A stretch of DNA of 37,451 nucleotides from Salegentibacter sp. (GCA_035269545.1 DATFJA010000064.1:1-37451), one strand, 5' to 3'. Positions 1-8,638 are shown, numbered from the stretch's first letter. Notes: generated by a model not told the origin, from the letters alone. Numbers and translations are program-made.

Positions 1-3000
1 TTCGCTTAATGGTATGCATCTGGAACAAGTCCCGCAGGTTCTCTCCAAAAAAGTTAAAATTCATAAACCAATCCTGACCATAAAACCAGATCATTAAGAA
101 ACCACCGGCAAAGGCAACTGCAATTCCTGTAAATACCATTAACGAAGTCGATACAGACTTAAACTGAAAATAAAGGATCAGGAAAATGATGATCAAGGAT
201 AAAGGCACTACTACAGAAAGTGTTTTTTCTGCTCTTAACTGATTTTCATAAGTACCCGTAAAACGGTAATTGATACCCTGTGGAACTACTAATTCGCCCG
301 AATCTATTTTCGCCTGAATAGTTGCCTGGGCATTTTCTACCACGTCTACTTCCGCATAACCATCTAACTTATCGAACAATACATATCCAATTAAAAAAGT
401 GTCTTCACTTTTAATCACTTGTGGTCCCTTTTCATATTTTATATTTACCAATTCACTTAAGGGTATGGGGCTTCCTCCTTCTACAGGAACATAAATATCT
501 TTAATATCATCGGGGTTAGCTCTTAATTCTCGCGGGTAACGAACTCTAACTCCATATCGTTCCCGACCTTCTACCGTCTGCGTTATTTGCATTCCGCCCA
601 CCGCAACTTCCAGAATTTCCTGAACATCTTCAATAGACACTCCGTATCTGACCAGGCGATCGCGTTTAATATCGATCAACAAATAAGGTTTCCCTACAAT
701 TCTATCGGCAAAAACAGCTTCATCTTTTACGCCTTCAGCATCTTTCAGGATTTCCTCCAGCTTCATCCCGAAAGCTTCTATTTGTTGCAGGTTATCCCCT
801 TTTACTTTTATTCCCATAGGTGCACGCATTCCTGTTTGAAGCATTACCAGGCGGGTTTCTATGGGTTGAAGTTTTGGAGCTGATGTAACTCCGGGTAATT
901 TGGTAAGCTTCACGATTTCGTTCCAGATATCATCGGGTGATTCTATACCCGGTCGCCAGTTTCGGAAATACTCCCCATCTTCGTCTGGCAGTAGTTGCTC
1001 GTGTTTCAGGTTTAACGGATCAGAGATCAATTGAGCTTCCTCATAATTCACATCTTCGTCAATATCAGAATTGGGATTGAGTGCCAGTTTGCCATTTTTC
1101 AATATAAACAGGCCGTTTTCATTTACCCTATATCGCTGGCGTTCTCCTTCCGCATTTCGCATATATTCAGATTTATACTGAATAATATTTTCATACATAG
1201 AAAGTGGCGCCGGATCCAGTGCAGATTCGGTTCGGCCTGCCTTTCCCACCACGGTTTCAATTTCAGGAATACTGGCTACAGCCATATCCAATTGCTGCAA
1301 TACCCTTTTATTTTCCTCCACGCCGGCATGGGGCATAGAGGTAGGCATCAATAGAAAAGAGCCTTCATTTAGGGAAGGCATAAATTCCTTTCCTGTATTT
1401 TGCATGATTAAGAATCCGAAAATTACAATGACAGTGGGAACTGATAGGAAAAGAAGCTTATTAGAAAGCGTCCAAGTCAGAATCCGGGTATAGTTTCTTC
1501 TGAAAACCGTGAAAATGCCCAGTAAACCAAAAGCGATAAGACCTACGAAAATTAGGTTCATAAAAATACTACGGTCAAAACCAAGCGGCCTCCAATATTC
1601 GGCCAATAAAAAGACAATGGCAAAAGCTGAAATTATGATATTGACGAGATTTGCCCTTTTTGAAGTGATCTTTTTCTGAAGTATCAAAATACCGGTCACG
1701 CCAAAAGCTACTAAAATTACACCCGTAAAATAACCAAAAATCATTGCGGAAATTCCCGCAAGTGCAAGCAACACGTTGATTGCAATTGAGACCCGTTTTT
1801 TGGCTGATCGTTTTTTAAAGAATATCGCAGCGAAAGGCGGGATAAGAAATAACGCAATAATAAGAGAAGCAGTAAGCGCCATTGTTTTTGTAAAAGCCAG
1901 AGGCCTAAATAATTTTCCCTCTGCACCTACCATAGTAAAAACTGGTATAAAGCTTATAATCGTGGTAAGCACCGCAGTTAAAATTGCCCCGGAAACTTCA
2001 GAAGTAGCATTGTAAACTATTGTATTAATTGAAAGCACGTTACCCTGCTCATCTAAACGGGAATGGTCAAGATGTCTCAGGATGTTTTCAGATAATATTA
2101 CCCCAACATCTACCATTGTACCAATAGCTATGGCAATACCCGACAGAGCCACAATATTAGCCGGCACATCGAATAATTTCATAGAGATAAAAACCATTAG
2201 CACAGCTACAGGAAGCAGGCCTGAAATTAAGATGGAAGCTCTAAAATTGTAAACCATAACTATAATAACCAAAATAGTAATGAGTATTTCCATACTTAAA
2301 GCCTCCCTTAAAGTCCCCAGCGTTTCTTTTATCAATTCTGTACGATCGTAAAAGGGAACGATAGTAACCTGCGAAACGGTACCATCATCCAGGGTTTTAG
2401 AAGGAAGTCCGCCGCTAATTTCATCAATTTGATCCTTTACATTATTGATAACTTCAAGCGGATTCGCACCATACCTCGCTACTACCACTCCTCCAACTAC
2501 CTCGGCACCTTCTTTATCTAAAATCCCCCGCCTTTCAGCAGGACCTAAAGAAACCTTGGCAATATCTTTTATACTTACCGAAGTATAATCTTCGGAAGTC
2601 ACCACGGCATTTTCGATATCTTCTACAGATTCAACATAACCCAAACCACGAACAAGATATTCGGCATTATTGATCTCCAAAGTTTGCGCACCAATATCAC
2701 GATTACTCTCTTTTACCGCTAGCACTACTTCCTTAAGGCCGATGTCATATTGCCGCATGAGCTCCGGGTTAACATCTATTTGATATTCCTGAACATAGCC
2801 GCCAATGGAAGCTACTTCAGAAACCCCGCTCGCCCCAGAAAGAGCATATTTCACATAATAATCCTGGATACTTCTTAGCTCATGTAAATCCCAGCCACCG
2901 GTAACATTTCCGTCTTTATCGCGGCCTTCTAAAGTATACCAGAAAATCTGACCTAAACCTGTAGCATCTGGTCCCAGGGCAGGGCTTACGCCATCCGGCA

Positions 3001-3397
3001 ATAAATTAGAGGGAAGCGAATTGAGTTTTTCCAGAATCCTGCTTCGGCTCCAGTAGAATTCAACATCTTCTTCAAAAATGATATAGATACTTGAGAAACC
3101 AAACATAGAAGAGCTACGTATGGTTTTTACCCCGGGAATTCCCAGTAGCGAAGTAGTTAATGGATAAGTAATTTGATCTTCAATATCCTGAGGTGATCGT
3201 CCCGGCCATTTGGTGAATACAATTTGTTGGTTCTCACCAATATCGGGAATCGCATCTACCGCAACAGGGTCTGAAGGCAAAAAGCCGGTGTCCCAGTTAA
3301 AAGGTGCGTTAACAATACCCCACCCTACAAAAAGAGCTAGTAAAATAACTGCTACAAGTTTATTTTCTATTAAGAATTTAATGCCTTTGTTCAGCAT
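1..3397 (-). CDS. cusA: CusA/CzcA family heavy-metal efflux RND permease, Cu(I)/Ag(I) type; 3' end beyond the window
   Basis: Absent from the ORF track, consistent with an ORF that has no stop inside the window. Manual translation from ATG at 3397 gives MLNKGIKFLIENKLVAVILL...VDAIPDIGENQQIVFTKWPGRSPQDIEDQITYP. The same frame holds EFMPSLNEGSFLLMPT, DPAPLSMYEN and QPIETRLVMLQTG (Met-bearing motifs like the CusA Met triad) and continues to codon 2-4. Confidence 0.93.
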   Translation of the reverse strand, partial: MLNKGIKFLIENKLVAVILLALFVGWGIVNAPFNWDTGFLPSDPVAVDAIPDIGENQQIVFTKWPGRSPQDIEDQITYPLTTSLLGIPGVKTIRSSSMFGFSSIYIIFEEDVEFYWSRSRILEKLNSLPSNLLPDGVSPALGPDATGLGQIFWYTLEGRDKDGNVTGGWDLHELRSIQDYYVKYALSGASGVSEVASIGGYVQEYQIDVNPELMRQYDIGLKEVVLAVKESNRDIGAQTLEINNAEYLVRGLGYVESVEDIENAVVTSEDYTSVSIKDIAKVSLGPAERRGILDKEGAEVVGGVVVARYGANPLEVINNVKDQIDEISGGLPSKTLDDGTVSQVTIVPFYDRTELIKETLGTLREALSMEILITILVIIVMVYNFRASILISGLLPVAVLMVFISMKLFDVPANIVALSGIAIAIGTMVDVGVILSENILRHLDHSRLDEQGNVLSINTIVYNATSEVSGAILTAVLTTIISFIPVFTMVGAEGKLFRPLAFTKTMALTASLIIALFLIPPFAAIFFKKRSAKKRVSIAINVLLALAGISAMIFGYFTGVILVAFGVTGILILQKKITSKRANLVNIIISAFAIVFLLAEYWRPLGFDRSIFMNLIFVGLIAFGLLGIFTVFRRNYTRILTWTLSNKLLFLSVPTVIVIFGFLIMQNTGKEFMPSLNEGSFLLMPTSMPHAGVEENKRVLQQLDMAVASIPEIETVVGKAGRTESALDPAPLSMYENIIQYKSEYMRNAEGERQRYRVNENGLFILKNGKLALNPNSDIDEDVNYEEAQLISDPLNLKHEQLLPDEDGEYFRNWRPGIESPDDIWNEIVKLTKLPGVTSAPKLQPIETRLVMLQTGMRAPMGIKVKGDNLQQIEAFGMKLEEILKDAEGVKDEAVFADRIVGKPYLLIDIKRDRLVRYGVSIEDVQEILEVAVGGMQITQTVEGRERYGVRVRYPRELRANPDDIKDIYVPVEGGSPIPLSELVNIKYEKGPQVIKSEDTFLIGYVLFDKLDGYAEVDVVENAQATIQAKIDSGELVVPQGINYRFTGTYENQLRAEKTLSVVVPLSLIIIFLILYFQFKSVSTSLMVFTGIAVAFAGGFLMIWFYGQDWFMNFNFFGENLRDLFQMHTIKR

Positions 3398-3400
3398 AAT

Positions 3401-3507
3401 ATTTCAATTATCAAATTTTAGAATAAATTTAAAAGCCGGTTATAAAAACAAGGCTATTGCCGGATTCAAAAATGAACCGGTGAGTATCTAAAATTTAATA
3501 ATCAAAT
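3401..3507 (-). promoter_or_regulatory. Candidate cis-regulatory RNA stem pairing the upstream-ORF stop codon with the cusA initiation region
   Basis: Arms 3401-3422 (atttcaattatcaaattttaga) and 3487-3507 (tctaaaatttaataatcaaat) pair on the minus-strand RNA over about 21 bp with two G-U pairs and one bulge. Inner stem ccggtt 3436-3441 / aaccgg 3475-3480. Function is inferred. Confidence 0.6.
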
Positions 3508-3894
3508 AAGGAATACCTGATCTTCCAGCTGTATGTCGCTGACGAGCAAGGGAGGAGAATAATCTTTAAACGGAGTAATTTCCTTTGAATAATCTTCAAA
3601 AACGAAAATGTAAGAATAAGCAAAACCGGCAAGAAATACCTGTTGGTCCAGGTCTAGAGAATCAAATTGATGTTTTAACTCATCCTGACCTTCTATCGCC
3701 AATTTTTCGTTCGTACAGCAGGAATCTTCAGCTGAAGCTTCCATTTCCATACCGCAGGTTTTTGCTTCAGAAAAAATTGCTTTATCTACTAAAAAGCTTC
3801 CGCAAAAATGTTTATCAACCGTAAAAGAAAAGGTTGAAAACAGCACCAAAAATGCCATTGCTACAGAAATGCTATGTTGAAAAGCTTTTTTCAT
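3502..3894 (-). CDS. HYC_CC_PP family small Cys-rich protein
   Basis: Hydrophobic N-terminal segment, then HFCG, TCGM, SCC and C-terminal YSPP; lies directly upstream of a metal efflux gene. Confidence 0.85.
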   Translation of the reverse strand: MKKAFQHSISVAMAFLVLFSTFSFTVDKHFCGSFLVDKAIFSEAKTCGMEMEASAEDSCCTNEKLAIEGQDELKHQFDSLDLDQQVFLAGFAYSYIFVFEDYSKEITPFKDYSPPLLVSDIQLEDQVFLI

Positions 3895-3900
3895 CAGCTA

Positions 3901-3908
3901 CAAAAATA
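3901..3908 (-). promoter_or_regulatory. Bacteroidota -7 promoter element (TATTTTTG); near-leaderless transcript
   Basis: caaaaata on + reads TATTTTTG on -, matching TAnnTTTG, 6 nt before the ATG at 3894. Confidence 0.65.
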
Positions 3909-3960
3909 GGTAAAATTTTGAAATAAAGCATTTTCAGGTTTTTTGGAAAAACTTTCAATA

Positions 3961-4404
3961 TTATGGATTTGCCCTTTTCTTTAATCGGTAATAGTAAAAA
4001 GCAGGAAGTAAAATGAGAATAAACAAGGGATGAATTAGAAATCTTCTTACATAAAAAAGGCCCATCACATTTTGTGCATTTAAGTTAAAATAGAGCACAC
4101 TAAAGGTGGCCAGGCTAATTATAAAAAGTAAAGCAAACAATAAGGCGGCGAATTTCACGATATTCCTATCGCGAAAAGCTACAAATAGGATAACCAAAGA
4201 AATTATGGTGTTTAACCAGTAACGCAAGCTTGTATTCAGCAAAAGTTTAGGGAAGATAATTTGAGGCACCTCCATAGCCAAATGCCCGCCATAGCGATAA
4301 AAATCAATTAATGGATCGTAAAATAGCTGATGCTCAAAAAGCCTCACCAAAACAAGTAAGACTACTAAGATCCCAATTCCCGAAAGTCTTAATAGCTGTT
4401 TCAT
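3961..4404 (-). CDS. Exosortase F system-associated membrane protein
   Basis: 147 aa with four hydrophobic segments; motifs RLFEHQLFYDP, RYWLNT and FYVRRFLIHP; 4-nt overlap with xrtF. Confidence 0.85.
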   Translation of the reverse strand: MKQLLRLSGIGILVVLLVLVRLFEHQLFYDPLIDFYRYGGHLAMEVPQIIFPKLLLNTSLRYWLNTIISLVILFVAFRDRNIVKFAALLFALLFIISLATFSVLYFNLNAQNVMGLFYVRRFLIHPLFILILLPAFYYYRLKKRANP

Positions 4405-4946
4405 ACGCTATGCTTTTGGCTATAAATACGTACCCAAATAAGCCAAAGTATAAATACGGTGCCGTAGATAATTAATGGGAAAATAATGCTATGAAGAAAG
4501 TCGGTGTACCCAGGGTATTCATAAATTCCAATTGCCAGAATAGCAATCCTAATAATATTCATCGCGTAAATTATTACAGCGCCTGCCAATAAATAAAGTA
4601 GCGTTAATTTTAATTTACCGAAGAACGAAAGCACAAAAGAAGCAAATAGAATAATAATACTAATGGCGTTGCACCCTTCTACAATTCTCGCTAAATAAAC
4701 GTCATTTACGATCAATTTCATAGAAAGTTCTGATTGGTGGGGCAAAATTTGTGCATTGTAACCAAAGCTACTTATTAAGGCTTCACTTTGTTTGGCCACG
4801 AGGTGGGTAAAATAATCGGGGTAATAAACCGGAGATCTAAAGAACTCCAGGTAAAGATTATAGATTAGTGTAAAGACCAGGTAACTCCCCAAAAACATAA
4901 AGATGAAACGGAGTACCGATTTGTATTTAACGAATAACTTAAGCAA
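4401..4946 (-). CDS. xrtF: Exosortase family protein XrtF
   Basis: Cys/Arg/His triad motifs IVEGCNA, NIIRI and FLHSIIFP in a 181-aa multi-TM protein; TTG start. Confidence 0.88.
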   Translation of the reverse strand: MLKLFVKYKSVLRFIFMFLGSYLVFTLIYNLYLEFFRSPVYYPDYFTHLVAKQSEALISSFGYNAQILPHQSELSMKLIVNDVYLARIVEGCNAISIIILFASFVLSFFGKLKLTLLYLLAGAVIIYAMNIIRIAILAIGIYEYPGYTDFLHSIIFPLIIYGTVFILWLIWVRIYSQKHSV

Positions 4947-4965
4947 GTTTCGAGTTGGTTTTTAA

Positions 4966-5016
4966 CAAATTTATACAAATATGGCCTGCGCTTACTATTA
5001 TTTTTAAATACTTTTG
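4966..5016. promoter_or_regulatory. Divergent -7 promoter pair for xrtF and the GAF gene
   Basis: TAAATTTG on - at 4966-4973 and TACTTTTG on + at 5009-5016, both exact TAnnTTTG matches. Confidence 0.65.
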
Positions 5017-5032
5017 CACTAAAATATTAACT

Positions 5033-5494
5033 ATGCCTTTTCAGAAATTAAAACCGGAAATTAAAACAATTCTTGAAAACGAAAATCTAGCGGTAGACCA
5101 TAGGTTATCGCAGGTTTGCGAAGTTTTAAAAGAAAATATCCCTTATTACGATTGGGTAGGTTTTTATTTTAAGAACGGTGATAAAGAAGAATTGAAATTA
5201 CGCTCCTTTGCAGGGGAACCTACAGATCATACTATTATTCCTTTCGGAAAAGGAATTTGCGGGCAGGTAGCGGTTTCTAATGAAAACTTTGTTGTACCAG
5301 ATGTAAAAGCACAAACTAATTATATAGCCTGTAGCATTAATGTGAAAGCTGAAATCGTTGTACCGCTCTTTTTAAAAGGCGAGAATATTGGCCAGATCGA
5401 CATTGATTCTCATACCCCAGATCCATTTTCTAAGGAAGATGAAGAATTTTTACAATGGGTAAATGAGAAAGTTGCAGAAGTTTTAGAAGCATAA
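5033..5494 (+). CDS. GAF domain protein, free methionine-R-sulfoxide reductase (MsrC/fRMsr)-like
   Basis: Motifs DWVGFY, GKGICG, YIACS, EIVVP and IDIDS. Start moved to ATG 5033 because the -7 element lies at 5009-5016. Confidence 0.85.
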   Translation: MPFQKLKPEIKTILENENLAVDHRLSQVCEVLKENIPYYDWVGFYFKNGDKEELKLRSFAGEPTDHTIIPFGKGICGQVAVSNENFVVPDVKAQTNYIACSINVKAEIVVPLFLKGENIGQIDIDSHTPDPFSKEDEEFLQWVNEKVAEVLEA

Positions 5495-5497
5495 AAA

Positions 5498-5564
5498 AGA
5501 ATAAAGAGAATAGATTAGAGAGGAAAGAAAAGGTCTTTATTCTATAATCTATTTTCTGTTCTCT
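5498..5564. repeat. Mirror-symmetric heptamer array, 5x AGANNNN then 5x TCT at 7-nt spacing, between convergent genes
   Basis: AGA at 5498, 5505, 5512, 5519, 5526; TCT at 5534, 5541, 5548, 5555, 5562. Confidence 0.75.
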
Positions 5565-5571
5565 TGAATTT

Positions 5572-6825
5572 TTACATCCCTGTTCTAATGGCTTCTACCG
5601 GATCTAATTTCGAAGCTGAAATCGCCGGAATTATTCCTGAAATTAATCCAATTACTGCTGAAACCGCAGTACCAATAAACATATTCCAGGGAGACAGTAC
5701 AAATTGAAAATCACCGGTAAATTGTGAAGCGGCGAGGGAAACCAACCAAACAAGGAAGAGACCTACCAGCCCCCCAATTATAGCGAGGATTATAGCTTCA
5801 AATAAAAATTGAAACAGGATAAATTTATTCTTTGCTCCCAAAGATTTTTGGATCCCGATAAGATTTGTTCGCTCCTTTACACTTACAAACATAATATTTG
5901 CTATTCCAAATCCGCCAACCAGGAGTGAAAATCCACTAATAATAAGTCCTATAAAATTCAGCTGGCCCGTTATATTATCTATAAAATCAGCAAATCCCTG
6001 AAGTTGATTTACAAAAAAGTTATTAATATCACCGGGTTTAATTCCGCGGTAATTACGGAGTTGTTGTTCAAGCACCGCCATATATTCGGCGTTATCCACA
6101 TCATCTTCAGGTTTCAGAATTAACTGCGGAAAAACACCCTTATTATTATCACCATAAACCCTTCTCGCTACATTTGCAGGAAGAAAAACCTGGCCATCCC
6201 TGGAGCCACCAAATAGACTGGCACCCTGTTTTGCCAATACACCAATAACCGTAAGTTTACGGCCATACATACGCACTTCTTTCCCAAGTGGATCAAAATT
6301 TCCAAAAAGATTATTGGCAATTTCGTTACCTAAAACAATTACCGGCGAACCACTAACCGATTCGGCTTCGTTAAAAAAACGACCATCTTCTAATTCAAAG
6401 GCTTCAATATCATAATATTCGTGCGTAACTGCCCCTACACCAACGCCGGTACTGGTAACATCTTCGTGCTTTATAGATTCATTTGGAACACCAATGCTAA
6501 AGGCTATAGATTCTGTATTAGGAAGGTTTCTTTTTAAATATTGATATTCATCGTAAGAAACATCTGGAAATTGCTGGCGTTTCCATTGAGGAACATCGGT
6601 AGGACCAAAAGAAAAACGCATTACGATAATGGTACTATTATCTAAAGCGCTTAAACTGCCTTTAATTTCGCGTTCTAAAGAATCTACCGCGGCAAGAACC
6701 CCGATAATCGAAAAAATTCCAATAGTAACACCAAGCAGAGACAGAAATGTTCTTAGCTTATTGTTTTTTAATGCGTTGATCGCAAAATTAAAACTCTCTT
6801 TAAGTACGCGTAGATATATAAGCAT
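5572..6825 (-). CDS. MacB/FtsX-family ABC transporter permease
   Basis: Motifs LRTFLSLLGVTIGI, GGFGIANIMFVSVKERTNLIGIQKSLGA and ASKLDPVEAIR; likely start MLIYLR at 6825. Confidence 0.9.
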   Translation of the reverse strand: MLIYLRVLKESFNFAINALKNNKLRTFLSLLGVTIGIFSIIGVLAAVDSLEREIKGSLSALDNSTIIVMRFSFGPTDVPQWKRQQFPDVSYDEYQYLKRNLPNTESIAFSIGVPNESIKHEDVTSTGVGVGAVTHEYYDIEAFELEDGRFFNEAESVSGSPVIVLGNEIANNLFGNFDPLGKEVRMYGRKLTVIGVLAKQGASLFGGSRDGQVFLPANVARRVYGDNNKGVFPQLILKPEDDVDNAEYMAVLEQQLRNYRGIKPGDINNFFVNQLQGFADFIDNITGQLNFIGLIISGFSLLVGGFGIANIMFVSVKERTNLIGIQKSLGAKNKFILFQFLFEAIILAIIGGLVGLFLVWLVSLAASQFTGDFQFVLSPWNMFIGTAVSAVIGLISGIIPAISASKLDPVEAIRTGM

Positions 6826-7037
6826 AATAAATAAAGCTCGGGACGATGCCACGAATAATTGGGTTGAAAAATTAAAACGCCTTTAATGCCAGTTTCGGCT
6901 CATTTAAAACCTCACTTTACAAGTAAATAAAGCCGGGGTTTTTATGTACCTAGTGGTATGACGCCCGGGTTTAAGATTCGTTACAAAATTTCTGGATAAA
7001 TAAAAGAAATGCCTTTTATGTTTTTGGCTTAAATACT

Positions 7038-7045
7038 TACTTTTG
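7038..7045 (+). promoter_or_regulatory. -7 promoter element for purH
   Basis: TACTTTTG ends 22 nt before the ATG at 7068. Confidence 0.65.
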
Positions 7046-7067
7046 CCACTTTAACAAACACAACACA

Positions 7068-8600
7068 ATGAGCGACTTAAAAAAAGCAAAATCTGCTTTA
7101 ATTTCTGTATTTAGCAAAGAGGGCCTGGAACCCATCGTAAAGAAACTGAACGACCAGGGAATCACTATTTACTCTACCGGCGGTACCGAAAAATTCATCA
7201 AAGACCTGGGAATTAACGTAGTTCCTGTAGAAGATGTGACATCATATCCTTCAATTTTAGGCGGTCGTGTAAAAACGCTACATCCAAAAGTTTTTGGTGG
7301 GATTTTAAATCGCCAGGATAACGAAAGTGACGTAAAGGAACTTACTGAATATGAAATTCCGCAGATAGACATTGTGATTGTTGACCTTTATCCATTTGAG
7401 AAAACCGTGGCTTCTGGAGCTTCTGAGCAGGATATTATTGAAAAAATAGATATTGGCGGAATTTCGCTTATTCGCGCCGCTGCAAAAAACTTTAAAGATG
7501 TGCTTTGTGTTTCTTCGGTAGAAGATTATAAAGATTTCGAAACTCTACTGGAAGAAAAAAACGGAGAAACCAGCCTTGCTGACCGTAAACTTTTTGCAGG
7601 AAAAGCCTTTAATATTTCCTCACACTACGATACAGCGATTTTCAACTATTTTAATGCCGAAGAGGAAGTTGAAGTTTATAAAGAAAGTATTCAAAACGGA
7701 AAAACACTTAGATACGGGGAAAATCCGCATCAAAAAGGTGAGTTTTACGGTGATTTTGACGCCATGTTTGATAAAATTCATGGAAAAGAACTTTCTTACA
7801 ACAACCTGCTAGATGTTGATGCTGCTGTAAATCTTATTAACGAATTTAAAAGTGAAGCACCAACTTTTGCGATTTTAAAACATAATAATGCCTGTGGTTT
7901 GGCACAACGTGACACTATTCACCAGGCTTATGTCGATGCTTTGGCGGGAGATCCGCTTTCAGCTTTTGGAGGAATTTTAATCAGTAATGTTGAAATCGAT
8001 AAAGCTACGTCTGAAGAAATTCATAAATTGTTCTGCGAAGTAGTGATTGCTCCTTCATTTTCTAAAGAGGCCGAAGAGATTCTTAAAGGAAAAAAGAATA
8101 GAATTTTATTGATCCAAAAAGAAACTGGACTTCCGCAGAAACAAGTAAGAACTTGCTTAAACGGGGTTTTAGTTCAGGAGAAAGATCACAAAACCGATGT
8201 TGCTGAAGATTTAAAACAAGCTACAAACAATAATCCAACAGATGACGAGTTATCTGACCTGTTATTCGCTTCAAAAATCTGTAAGCACACAAAATCCAAC
8301 ACTATCGTATTGGCAAAAAACAAGCAATTATGCGCCAGCGGAACCGGACAAACTTCTCGTGTAGATGCTTTAAAACAAAGTATTGAGAAGGCTAAATCCT
8401 TTAATTTTAGTTTAAAAGGAGCGGTAATGGCAAGTGATGCATTTTTCCCGTTTCCAGACTGTGTAGAGATTGCCGGGAACGAAGGAATTTCCGCTGTAAT
8501 TCAACCTGGTGGATCTATAAAAGATCAGCTTAGTATAGATTATTGCAACGAAAATAATATAGCGATGGTGATGACCGGTACACGCCATTTTAAACATTAA
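7068..8600 (+). CDS. purH: Bifunctional AICAR formyltransferase/IMP cyclohydrolase
   Basis: Motifs STGGT, GGRVKTLHP, IDIGG, LRYGENPHQ, ASDAFFPF, IQPGGS and RHFKH. Confidence 0.98.
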   Translation: MSDLKKAKSALISVFSKEGLEPIVKKLNDQGITIYSTGGTEKFIKDLGINVVPVEDVTSYPSILGGRVKTLHPKVFGGILNRQDNESDVKELTEYEIPQIDIVIVDLYPFEKTVASGASEQDIIEKIDIGGISLIRAAAKNFKDVLCVSSVEDYKDFETLLEEKNGETSLADRKLFAGKAFNISSHYDTAIFNYFNAEEEVEVYKESIQNGKTLRYGENPHQKGEFYGDFDAMFDKIHGKELSYNNLLDVDAAVNLINEFKSEAPTFAILKHNNACGLAQRDTIHQAYVDALAGDPLSAFGGILISNVEIDKATSEEIHKLFCEVVIAPSFSKEAEEILKGKKNRILLIQKETGLPQKQVRTCLNGVLVQEKDHKTDVAEDLKQATNNNPTDDELSDLLFASKICKHTKSNTIVLAKNKQLCASGTGQTSRVDALKQSIEKAKSFNFSLKGAVMASDAFFPFPDCVEIAGNEGISAVIQPGGSIKDQLSIDYCNENNIAMVMTGTRHFKH

Positions 8601-8638
8601 TTTTATTACATTTACCAAACCTCAATACCAAATAAACC

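Noticed and set aside
587-3491. Short ORFs at 587, 1031, 1741, 1776 and 3210
   Set aside because: They are antisense or off-frame shadows of the long cusA frame that the ORF track missed.
4955-5032. N-terminal extension of the GAF ORF (likewise 26461-26574 for HMG-CoA reductase and 26395-26424 for DPP-IV)
   Set aside because: Promoter-like elements lie within these extensions, and the downstream ATGs fit the protein families better.
6826-7067. Possible ZMP/ZTP riboswitch upstream of purH
   Set aside because: The -7 element is only 22 nt from the ATG, leaving no room for an aptamer, and no recognisable motif was seen.
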